The notes under the pieces: model-generated | Told to the model about the DNA's origin: nothing | The model's database searches: none | What the model saw: the letters and a program-made list of their open reading frames with translations, nothing else | Origin: Dimargaris cristalligena | Lineage: Eukaryota | Direction: 5' to 3' | Length of the DNA: 60,522 nt | NCBI GenBank assembly: GCA_003614675.1 | Contig: ML002243.1 | Location: forward strand, 1-60,522 | Made by a program: the position numbers and the translations under genes | Part shown: piece after piece, positions 50,668-60,522 of the stretch | Layout: each line of letters begins with the position of its first letter | Position numbering within the stretch: the first letter of the stretch is position 1

Positions 50668-50964
50668 TTACGATTCCTGGGTGTCTGGGACCGAGGGGGT
50701 TTCTGTGGAGGGAGCTGTCGAGGAATCTGGTTGACGTTTATTACCGATCAACGTTTTAATAGCATTTTTCGTCCCCGTAAACGGCGCCTTAAAGACATGA
50801 GCAGCTGCCCCGGCGAGTCTACTACCGGCGTTCGATACTTTTTGTACGAATCCGGTGGATTCGGGTTGGGTTATGGGCTGAGGGATAGGCGAGGCGCCGA
50901 TTTGCCCCGAGAAGGTCAGGGCAAGAACAACAAGAGTCATAAGGGGAAGGAGAGTTGAACGCAT
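50668..50964 (-). CDS. Small secreted precursor with cationic amphipathic core and KR site
   Basis: Signal MRSTLLPLMTLVVLALTFSGQIGA, pro-region SPIPQPITQPEST, basic core GFVQK...LIGN, KR, acidic tail. Confidence 0.72.
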   Translation of the reverse strand: MRSTLLPLMTLVVLALTFSGQIGASPIPQPITQPESTGFVQKVSNAGSRLAGAAAHVFKAPFTGTKNAIKTLIGNKRQPDSSTAPSTETPSVPDTQES

Positions 50965-51392
50965 GTTGGTAGTTGGGATGCGGAGGAGGGAGTGGGGTTT
51001 ATATACGAAATGAGCCGGTCAAGAATGGTGATGGAAGTAAGATTTAATGGTCAAGTCCAATGGATGGTATGTGATTTAATGAGTATAGGGGACATGAAGC
51101 CCGATATTTATATGCCATGAACTTCCACGCATCATAACGACAAATACAGTATAGGGTATGCTGAAATTCGGGCGACCCGACGCCCCATGCTTGAAACGCC
51201 GGGATTCTAACGGCAGCTATGAAATAGAAGCCTATGCGGAAATCAAGTGGCGAGTTTATTACTACAGCCTGCCGTACTATCACCAGGAAAATAAACGTTA
51301 TTAGCATTGGCGAATTCGGCTTATATTCGAAATCAGGCCCTGCAATCTAACTTTACCACCACATTTATGCCATATAGTGGCTGTGTTTAATA

Positions 51393-51536
51393 ATATGGGT
51401 GAAGTTCAGTTTGGTGGTGTAAGGTTTTAACCAATATGTATATGGGAAAATCGGTGGGATGTTTATTTTCAACCAGTAGTACTTACCTCATCAAATAGAT
51501 TTTTCGTTATACAGCTTGGATGAACTTCTCCCATAT
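51393..51536. mobile_element. MITE copy 3 (144 bp)
   Basis: ATATGGGTGAAGTTCA ... TGAACTTCTCCCATAT; same orientation as copy 2, with a more diverged interior. Confidence 0.82.
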
Positions 51537-54500
51537 CTTTGTCAAACACATATCCCATTGCAATTCTCTTAGCGAACATGTTCGCTTTTGTGGAATCATT
51601 TTCACCGGCACTCGATATTGGTCAAACAGCGCGAATAATCCCCTTTTATACAGGGGGGTGGATGGTTCTTTATGGGAGTCTTTTATTCATCGCCCTCTGT
51701 TTCTATGGAGGTTGAGGATCATCCACGAACTCAAGGATTATGTCTTAAAGCAAAATGGTGCACTAAACTGCTCTGAACTCCGGTCCACTGGCGATCGGCC
51801 AGCGGCCCTAAGCTGGTTAGGAACGAGTTATTTGCGAACGACTCGCACCGCCGGTTGGCCTGCTTCGCCGAGTGATTTCCGCCGGAAGCGTATGGGCTTC
51901 GGAAATTCTGGCCCAACAGGTTTGACTAGTTTGATGGTTTCATACTGGTGTCGTTTTATGGGATACGCTTGGGGATAGTGCAATATTGTTACGGTGGCTA
52001 AAAATACCACGCAAACCAATGCCAGGTGGTTTTGGTGAAGGGATGATTATTAAGGATTGGAACCGCCCACCCCCTCTTCTAAAGCGTTGGTTCAAGTCGG
52101 ACGGCTTGGTCCAAATACGATTGTAGAAACCCCGAAGGAAAATTCCAGGCCAAAGCTTCTGGCTAAATTGACCTTATATAGCCATCACGCACGTCATGAC
52201 GCTAGGTAATACACGCATAGTCTATGTAAGTTAAATTTCCTTGGTCGCCCGGTTGCCTGTCTGGAATGGCGGAACTTGGTGACTAGAAGCAGCTCAAGTG
52301 CGAAGTAGCTGGCTCGTCGTTGCGGGGTTTACAGATTTTTGGATACCTTTCCAACAATGCGTGCTTATTAACGGCATACCGTTTAATCGAGGCTATGGTT
52401 TCGCTCACCCATGTTGCTTCTGCTCATATCCAAACATATAATGGTCAAAAACCCGGCGGCCAATAACTCAGTCCTTCCATCCTAACTTCATAGACGCCGC
52501 TACCTTAGAAGGATTGGGGCTGCGTGGATGGGAGTTGATACGTATTAAAAAATAACTGCGATTTAAACAAAAATAAGGTGGGTCCAATCCAACCATTTAG
52601 TACGTCTATTCCGTGCAGCTAGACACGGGGGATTTTTTAAGCTATTTAAAAGAACGCACTGGCCCACCCACAAATTCCGCCTTCAGGTCCATCGACAGCT
52701 AGGGCGACCAGCCTCTAGAGGCTAGGGGAAGCTAACTGACCGTATATACCCAAGACACTGCAGGTATTGGACTAAAACAGTCGACTTTTGTTTATGTTTC
52801 TTTAATTAAAGAAAAGGCACCTGGATTGTCGTATTAAAGCTGAATGGTAGAGGGTAAACTGAAGAAGTAGCGCCTTTCTGCTATTCATTGAGGAAGTAGT
52901 TACATTGGATACCCCAAGGTTCAGGGGAGGGAAATGCAAATGAAATCATCCATGCAGTAGATACTCGAGGGGGAGATCCCCAACGGGAGCTGTTTGTCAG
53001 CCTCTAGTCCGCGTATAATATCAACTGCCGTACGCTTAAAAAGATGGACACGCAGCCCCCTCGACACCAGATAAAAGAACCAATTGGGACGGGGGCAGTA
53101 CTACTCCGTAAATCGGGAATGTTGCGATTTAATTATAGGTCACATTTGCTAATGGTCAGCCTGTCCTTAGGCGAGGGGTCCGCAGCCGTTATTGGTCATA
53201 TTCTCTGAGTTCGGGGGATATTCTCCTTTGGGTTATATTCTCGGCCCTTTCCACTCGGACTGTGGGAACGCCTTTGTTTCCACTGGGTAACACATAAAAG
53301 ACATGAGTTAGCCCATCTCCTGAAATAAAAGTGGTAGCTAATGATGTCAGCGGGCTGTGGCCCTATGTATCTATTCTTGGTCGCAAAGTGAATGATTAGT
53401 ACAAATCTTCCCTCCCTAAATATACTCCTAGTAGGCACAAGGGGACCCTGGTCCACCTGACTGGTTGTTATTCCTAAAGTTATACAGCAAAGGGGGGTCA
53501 ACGCCAAGACCAGCCAGACATCCATCCTACAGAATATTAAGGCAGTATGCAATGACTTCGATAGTACATGGTGTGGTTTAACTTACCGGCAGTGTCCAGG
53601 CTTGAAACATCTGCAAGAGGTGGATAGGGCATGCGCTAAACTACGGGAAAGCATGTCTCCTTTTGGGACATCAGTAATGCAAATCCAATGAAATTGACGG
53701 AATGGTGAAAGGAGAGGGGGCACAAGGTGTTTCATGGTCTAGATGCCAATATAGAAGGCTAGATTACATATTTCTGCACCACTGAGGGACAGGGATATTC
53801 AGGCCATTTGCCGGATAATGATGGTGTAATGACGCTTGCCGATAAATGATATAAATTACTCCAAAGAGCCCTTGGATTATCCGACCACAGATTTGATCTT
53901 GCACCGATTCAGTCTGGTGGATGAATAGTCCATGGCCCTATGACTCGGAGATTCCGTTTTCCGAATGAAGAGATAATAGTCGGCCTCGTGGACAGGCTGA
54001 TCCTTCCTCCGCTTCATCCACGAAGCAGGGGCCTGCGCGTCGCCATTACCATTACCATAATTAGCGTACCCCACAGCTATTGTGGGCCGCGGATATTGTT
54101 CAGTCAAAAAACGCCTCTGTTTCTGAGCGTAAAGCGGCTGACCCTGACTGACTACCATCAATGGCAGTAGAATGCCCATGTTCTAAGCCTCCGGCTGCTT
54201 CCCTTGCGGCAATCCCTGGCTATAATCCAAAAGGTCTTAGTCATTGGCAATCCGGGCTTGGCGGTTTGGTAGTCAGATTATTGTCTCAGAATGGGTGGAT
54301 AATCTCCGACTCTGGCCGACTTTGGGTATTGGCTATTTACACTGCCAATTATATATATATATATATTTATCTGTGTAGGCTCGGCTGTTCGTGGTGGCTG
54401 ATTTTCCCCTTTACGCACACCCCAAAGATGTTTGAGATATATTCGACTCGCCAGGACTTCCCACTCCCCAGGGATTGCCGTTAATATTAGTCCACCCTAC

Positions 54501-54901
54501 ACTCGGACCCGATGGGAAGGAGCCGCACTGGGAGCGGCGCCCTTATAAAAGTCCCTGGGCCTGCCCATGTAATAGCGGAGTGTAACTTACATTATCAGCC
54601 TCTTTTCCTACCTTGCTCTAGTTGGATTCGTATAAGTCTCCTTTTTCCCCGCCCAACTAGCTTTAGCTTGTTATCTCGCCAACCCCTTTGCACGCCGCGT
54701 CCTACGGAGCCCTACTGTTATTGGCCCGTATTTATTCTCCGAAGCACAGACGCCTCAGTGGCCAATAGCCAACCCCTTTTGCTGCTGCTTCAGTTCTTTA
54801 TTAACCGACGCGGTGCTCCTGTTCTCCACCTCGACGCCTACTTCCCTGTACATTGGGATAGGGTCCATTGACCGCACCCCTCTAGCCTTAGTTTAGCCAG
54901 C

Positions 54902-57900
54902 ATGTCGACTCCCCATCCCTCTTCTACACCGGGTGCCTGGGTTGACCCTACCATAGACCGGTCGCTTCTACGTTCCCGCACCTTCCCTCCCCTTTTGGCA
55001 GTCCCGGGCCAGCAGGCACCGGGCGGGCTGAACCGACAACCAACGTCCATGTCCAATGTCACCCTTTTTACCACGACCATGCCTACCGAGCTGTACAATC
55101 GGGAGCGACCCCCCGGCACCTACGAGTCCGGCTGGTGGCGCTTCCCGTCTCTGAACAGCCTCAGCTTCGAACTCGACGCAGGCATACGCGGTCGGGCCTG
55201 GTCCTTCTTCGATTTAAGTTTGAGCATAGCCCAATGCCTCCTGTTTATTTGCAGCACCGCGTATGTGGATGCAGCTGAGCGGCCCATTCCGCTGCCGGCT
55301 TACTTGAGCGGTCTGGAGATTCTCGTGGCCCTCACTATTTTGCTCGAGTCGGGACTGCGCAACCTTCTCCTATCCCGGGCCCGTCGGACCCTCTACGCTA
55401 CCATGCTGGTCCTTGTAACCGTTCCCCCGATGATAGCCGGCTGGAATGCCCTGCAGTATCCCGCCAGCGCAGCCACCTACCTTAGTGCGGGCAATTGGGT
55501 GCTGTTCTACCCGATTCGCTTTTACCGATTGTACCTGTCTAGTGAACAGGCCTTCGCTCCCGGGCGAGTACTTCTGTTTAACATTGGCCCCTTTTATCGT
55601 AAATTCGCCACCCTGGTTTCCGCCGTGCTTAGCACTATTATGGGCATAGCGGCTTTTATCCACGCCGTACTCCATTGGTACCCGGGTTCCCACGTTGAGC
55701 CCGAGTTCAGCTACTTCGATGCCTTCTTTTTCAGCGCCACCTGTATCACTGTTGGACCAAACGACAACATCGTTCCCGACGTTTGGCTGACTCGCATTAT
55801 GACGCTAGTCACTATTTTCGTGGCGGCCGTGTTTTTACCCACCCAGATCAGCGACCTTATCGGCATGATTGAGAAACAAACCTCCGGTTTTCAGTTGAGC
55901 GTGCCCGAAATCACATCCAGCCAGTGGGTGATTATTGCCGGCAATTTGAGCTTCGAGGTTGTACAGCCCTTTCTTAGAGAATTCTTCAGCCCTGACCACG
56001 GTGAGTCGATTCAGCGGGTCTCGGTGGTCCTGCTCAGCAAAGCCCACCTTAGTGATGATCTGCGCGGGTTCCTCGCCGATCCCATCTACTCTACTCGGGT
56101 GTTCCACTATCGCAAAGACCCCACCAACTACGAGGTGCTGGCCAAACTAAACGTGCAGCAGGCCAGTGCCGTATTTATCCTGGGCGACAAATGGACCAAA
56201 GTCTCGCCCCACGAGGAAGATGCCCATGTGGTTCGAATTACCCTGGCCTTTGCCTCGTTCTTCAAAAAAAAAAATTATGTCGTGGTGCCCCGTCTCTACT
56301 GCCAGGTGATCCTGCCCGACTCGCAGTTCCACTTTAAGGGCTGGGGGCTATACCGACCCACGGTCCAGTGCGTCGACGAATTCCGCATGGGCCTCATGGC
56401 ACAGAGTTGCACTACCCCGGGGTTTTCCACCCTGATGCACCTGTTGTCTTCCTCGGTGACCCAGGATACGGCCAATGTCATTACCGATGCCTTAAAAAGT
56501 CAACTGCCGACGGGTGAGCTCCCCTGGATGCCCATGTACTTGGAGGGAGTGATCCAGGAGATTTACCAAATACGCATCCCCACGGGCTACCACGGGTATC
56601 ACTTCGGCACCGTCGCCCGGTCCATTTACTTTAATTGCAAAGCGGTACTCATTGGGCTGGGGGTCCGGCCTACGAGCCGGGGCGGCGGGGCGGCCGCGGA
56701 CTACGCCCCCAGTTCGGCGGCCGAAGGGAATACCGGAACCCACCGCCTCTTGATGGCCCCCTTTAACCATATCATCACCAGCGGGGATATCGGGTTCGTC
56801 ATTGCCAAAGACGCTAATATCCGCGAGATCATTGACCGAATCCAAGTGGCGGTGAATCGGCCGCCCCCTAAATCCGGGGCAGGTAGTCAGCCGGCCGGGA
56901 CTATGCAGCTTTCGGCCAATATTACGCGTATCCCCTCTCAGACGTCCCTATACGATTCCGCGATGCTGCTACCCCAGACCCGTATCGGCACTGCGGAGAC
57001 GACCCCACTCCTGTCTTTGGAAAGTCCCGCCGATGATTCCCCTACTTACGATGGCAGTCCCGGTAATTCTGCTTCAGGTCAGTTGCACTGGGCCCCCCCT
57101 AATCGGCAAAACCCTAACAACCATAGCGATCACGATGATGGTAGCAGTATCCATGCTGACCCGGTCTTTGATTCACCACTACCCCGCCCGGTCAATTTGG
57201 CCGCTCGTACGGGTAATGGTTCCGCCCACCATTCGTCCGATGACGGAGGGACCGCACCCGGCAGCGTAGAGCCCACCGAGCAACTGCACCAGAGGGTCCG
57301 CCGAACCTTTGACCGGGTGTTTGAGTCCACCCCGGGCGTAGTCAATTACGTCAAGGACCGGTACGCCAATGTGGTTCGGGAGCAACGCCTGGTTCCCGAA
57401 GACATCGATAACCACATCATCATAACCGACTGCAGTCCCGAATTCCCGCGGAATATCGAATATCTGGTCGAATCCATCCAATTAGCGTATAGCCAGGAGA
57501 ACTACGATACCCCTCCGCCAATTGTCATTCTTAGCCCCGCCGAACCCAGCTTCTTGCTCAAGCGGTGGCTCGAGTCCATTGAGGATGTCCACGTGGTACC
57601 CGGTACGCCCCTCAATTACATAGATCTTAAGATGATCAAAATTAACCGAGCCCAAACCGCTATTGTGTTATGCCACCTGTCCCCGTCCGGTGACGGAGAC
57701 CTCTCGGCCCGGTCCATTGATGCGACTTCTCTAATGGCCGAAATGAATCTGCGCCGGTTTGGTAACCGAAACTTGAAAACGATTGTGGAGGTGGCCTATT
57801 CGGGCAACGCCCAGTTGATTCCCCAGGAGTTTTTCCCGGATATTGACGACCAGGACGTGCAGGATCTGACGCGACAGTCGTTCATGTCTGGATCGGCGAT

Positions 57901-58966
57901 TCTCCCGGCGATGCTAGATAATTTGATTTGTACCTCCTATTTCAATCCCTTCCACTTGGATATTTTTAAACACTTGATTTTTCCCTATGATCCGCAGGCT
58001 AGCCGGCGTTCCCCACCCTCCTCCCGCCGCCGGCAGCACCTCCAAAATGGGGGGGACCTAGCCCCCGCTAGCCCAGTACTGGTAGGGGCCAATCACCTTT
58101 TCCGGGCCAATAATGGCGAGTCAGCAGCCCAGGGCCCTGGTTTACTGAGCCCCACGGACATGCCCGACGCCATTGCTATTCGAATTACCGGGGATTCCGA
58201 CGAGAGTAGCGCCTCCAATTCCCCCACCAGTGAAATGATCGAGCGGTTCTCCCCGGCTCTCGGACCGGCCGCAGTAACTACCCGACCCGCGGATCCAATT
58301 GCCCAAAACCACCACCACCAACCCCTCCCCAACGGCGGGACCCCTCCTGTCGCTGGTTCGGGCCCTGCCTCGCTTAATACCGAGCCAGCCGCAGCCGGCC
58401 ACGGCAGTGATCGAGAGGACCACAATTCGGCCAAGTCCATCCGCCACTCCCAATCACTCCCCGCCCTGGACCAGCTTTACTCCGCCCAGTCCACCCCACT
58501 GAACGCGAGTTCCGCCATCTTAACCAGCGGGCGGATCTTCCTCATCCCGGTGACCCGGGCGGGGGAAAAGTACGGCAAACTCGTGAATCGCCTGGCCAAA
58601 TACGACCAGGCCATTGCCCTCGGCTTATACCGGCTGGTCGAGAGCCGTGGGTTCAGTTACCGGTGTGTCATGGTTAACCCTCGGGCTGATCACCTAACCT
58701 TGGAAACGGACCAGGTATACGTACTGGCTCCCCGGCGACCCGACCAACTGGTCGCCATGAATAACATGCACCCTAGTGATCCAAGTCTGGAACCTGACTT
58801 TAACCACCAACCGCAGTCGGATCACTCTTCCACCGGAGGGTCGGCCAGACCTACCCGTCCGTACCGACGACCCATATTCAACAATCTATTGAAAATCAGC
58901 ACCCACAACCAAGACCGTTTGAATGTAGTTCCTCAGGACGGTATGATTTCCCCCGTCGATATCTAA
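54902..58966 (+). CDS. Slo/BK-like channel (TM domain + two RCK domains) with non-canonical selectivity filter
   Basis: Multi-TM N-terminus; pore helix YFDAFFFSATCITVGPND; FLREFFSPDHG; VQCVDEFRMGLMAQSCTTPGFSTLMHLL; YLEGVIQEIY; NHIII; GTPLN; Ca-bowl-like DIDDQD followed by FMSG...LDNLICTSYFNP. Intronless, 1354 aa. Confidence 0.88.
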   Translation: MSTPHPSSTPGAWVDPTIDRSLLRSRTFPPLLAVPGQQAPGGLNRQPTSMSNVTLFTTTMPTELYNRERPPGTYESGWWRFPSLNSLSFELDAGIRGRAWSFFDLSLSIAQCLLFICSTAYVDAAERPIPLPAYLSGLEILVALTILLESGLRNLLLSRARRTLYATMLVLVTVPPMIAGWNALQYPASAATYLSAGNWVLFYPIRFYRLYLSSEQAFAPGRVLLFNIGPFYRKFATLVSAVLSTIMGIAAFIHAVLHWYPGSHVEPEFSYFDAFFFSATCITVGPNDNIVPDVWLTRIMTLVTIFVAAVFLPTQISDLIGMIEKQTSGFQLSVPEITSSQWVIIAGNLSFEVVQPFLREFFSPDHGESIQRVSVVLLSKAHLSDDLRGFLADPIYSTRVFHYRKDPTNYEVLAKLNVQQASAVFILGDKWTKVSPHEEDAHVVRITLAFASFFKKKNYVVVPRLYCQVILPDSQFHFKGWGLYRPTVQCVDEFRMGLMAQSCTTPGFSTLMHLLSSSVTQDTANVITDALKSQLPTGELPWMPMYLEGVIQEIYQIRIPTGYHGYHFGTVARSIYFNCKAVLIGLGVRPTSRGGGAAADYAPSSAAEGNTGTHRLLMAPFNHIITSGDIGFVIAKDANIREIIDRIQVAVNRPPPKSGAGSQPAGTMQLSANITRIPSQTSLYDSAMLLPQTRIGTAETTPLLSLESPADDSPTYDGSPGNSASGQLHWAPPNRQNPNNHSDHDDGSSIHADPVFDSPLPRPVNLAARTGNGSAHHSSDDGGTAPGSVEPTEQLHQRVRRTFDRVFESTPGVVNYVKDRYANVVREQRLVPEDIDNHIIITDCSPEFPRNIEYLVESIQLAYSQENYDTPPPIVILSPAEPSFLLKRWLESIEDVHVVPGTPLNYIDLKMIKINRAQTAIVLCHLSPSGDGDLSARSIDATSLMAEMNLRRFGNRNLKTIVEVAYSGNAQLIPQEFFPDIDDQDVQDLTRQSFMSGSAILPAMLDNLICTSYFNPFHLDIFKHLIFPYDPQASRRSPPSSRRRQHLQNGGDLAPASPVLVGANHLFRANNGESAAQGPGLLSPTDMPDAIAIRITGDSDESSASNSPTSEMIERFSPALGPAAVTTRPADPIAQNHHHQPLPNGGTPPVAGSGPASLNTEPAAAGHGSDREDHNSAKSIRHSQSLPALDQLYSAQSTPLNASSAILTSGRIFLIPVTRAGEKYGKLVNRLAKYDQAIALGLYRLVESRGFSYRCVMVNPRADHLTLETDQVYVLAPRRPDQLVAMNNMHPSDPSLEPDFNHQPQSDHSSTGGSARPTRPYRRPIFNNLLKISTHNQDRLNVVPQDGMISPVDI

Positions 58967-60522
58967 TTAAGTGGGTATATATTATATATTAAAGCATGCG
59001 CTTGGCTCAGGAGGGTTGGTAGTGGGAGTACTATTGGTTAGTTGCTGAGGATTCGCTACAGGGACAGAGAGGGGGGGGTATAATAGCCATGTTTTTTATT
59101 TTTTTTGAGGGAAGTTCATAAAAACATCCATGTGAGTTTTCGGATAGAAAATTCGAGTGTATCCCTAGGAAGCTCGGACTAGATTCTCGGTGTTTGATGT
59201 TACCATATAATTAATTTAGGTGGAGGCCACTGGAAAAATGACATTACTTGATATTGAGTGAATGTATAGTATAAATTGGTCCCGGAACATGTTTACTTGC
59301 CGATCGATCAAGTCAACCGGTGCCAGTCTGCTTAATGGAATATTGGTGGCAATGTGCGTGTGGTTCAGAGGATATATTTTACCATTATAACTAAACATCC
59401 CTATATTACAGTACCTTGCTTAAAGTAACTACTGGTATTATGAAGACTATTTACTAATATTCCTGGCTAAAGCTTGTAGGCCTCCTCCACCAACCTTCTT
59501 CTTCAATCGGGATCTTTTGCAGTTACCATTGGAGTCCTCCACAGACGTATAGTGAGGGGGGACTTCTGGTGCTGCCATTGCTATCCTTAGATGACCCCTC
59601 CCTTGGCGTCGACCCCGCATACAAATGCGCATGCCAAGTTACAGCCTGGTCATTTCTAGGTCTAACCTAAAAAAACTCCTTTTACACTCGCTCCCATTTA
59701 CTATCTATAGCCTTGGTGCCCATATTACAGTATTCTTGCCCGACTATTCCCCGCCAACTAGTACAATTTGAATAATAGTGCATCGATTATGTGGTAATAA
59801 TATCAAGAGGTAGTGTCAATCAAAACCAGTATACTACACTGTTAAACTTGGGCCTTGGGGTATTGGGCGCGAGGATACAAGTGGGGGGCGAGTGTTGCCC
59901 CCCCCCCCCCCCCTAGCGCTACTTAAGAGTGATAGGGCAGGTTCCCGATTTACCAACAATGCTATATTCCTTGGATTAAAAAAGGCCACTCTGGGGTGGA
60001 CATAGTCGATATTTCGACCGGTGGAAATAAGCTGATGCTTATCATAAGATGGAAGGAGGAGATATACGAAGTAGAAGGGTTACATTCGTAATGCTATTGG
60101 CCTTCGATAGTGGCCGCTAAAAAAAAAGAGAGAGATAAATAAAATGGGCAAATTAAGAAAATAAAGATTAACCACGAGGTTAAGCAGTGGAATCGCTTCA
60201 GAATTAGAAAACCTACTCTTTTCTATTATATCGGGTTGTGATTTAGTGCTTAGGTTATCTCATTCCATACACAGTTAGAAATATAGTTAGCTGTCCCATT
60301 CTTCAACTGAATTTTCATTAGTGAAGCCTCTAACTTTCCCTCATGCATAGCAGCAGAAATAATGAGTGGGCATATTATATTGAGCACAGATCCTTTCCTG
60401 TTGGTCGCCAGAAGCAACTGATACCAACAGTTAGAGTGCAACATTAGATTGTTGGATGGTACTGTCACCCCTCCTAATCCGTCCTAATCCAACCGATATG
60501 ACCGCCGTCATATCAGGCCGTA

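Noticed and set aside
60250-60468. Minus-strand ORF or possible terminal exon (VASGDQQERICAQ...) at the window edge
   Set aside because: No recognisable motif, and the upstream context lies outside the window.

Overview
Eukaryotic genomic DNA with GT-AG introns, CTAAC-like branch sites and a Pol III tRNA. It is most likely from an early-diverging (non-Dikarya) fungus; this is inferred from fungal-type housekeeping genes occurring with a BK/Slo-type channel and a DCAF15-like gene. About 19 protein genes can be supported. Recognisable ones: paraoxonase-like lactonase, complex I NUXM subunit, Inp54-like inositol 5-phosphatase, FIT/Scs3, cystathionine beta-lyase, NDUFA4/MLRQ, HP1/Swi6, Dph3, a 12-exon squalene epoxidase, FGGY kinase, Leu5-type CoA carrier, DNAJC11 and a Slo-like channel. 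There is also a partial tRNA-Gly(GCC). The most notable observations are: (1) a secreted Kex2-type repeat precursor (4 x 45 aa, core SPWFNREGETDTSSSDTDTDEE...) next to a diverged paralog whose similarity runs on past its stop codon; (2) a separate secreted precursor of a cationic amphipathic peptide; (3) a 9-exon DCAF15-like gene hidden from the ORF track and assembled by hand; (4) a Slo/BK channel with TVGPND in place of TVGYGD; (5) three copies of a ~143-bp MITE with GGG...CCC termini flanked by ATAT. All family assignments come from motif recognition by eye; no database searches were run.
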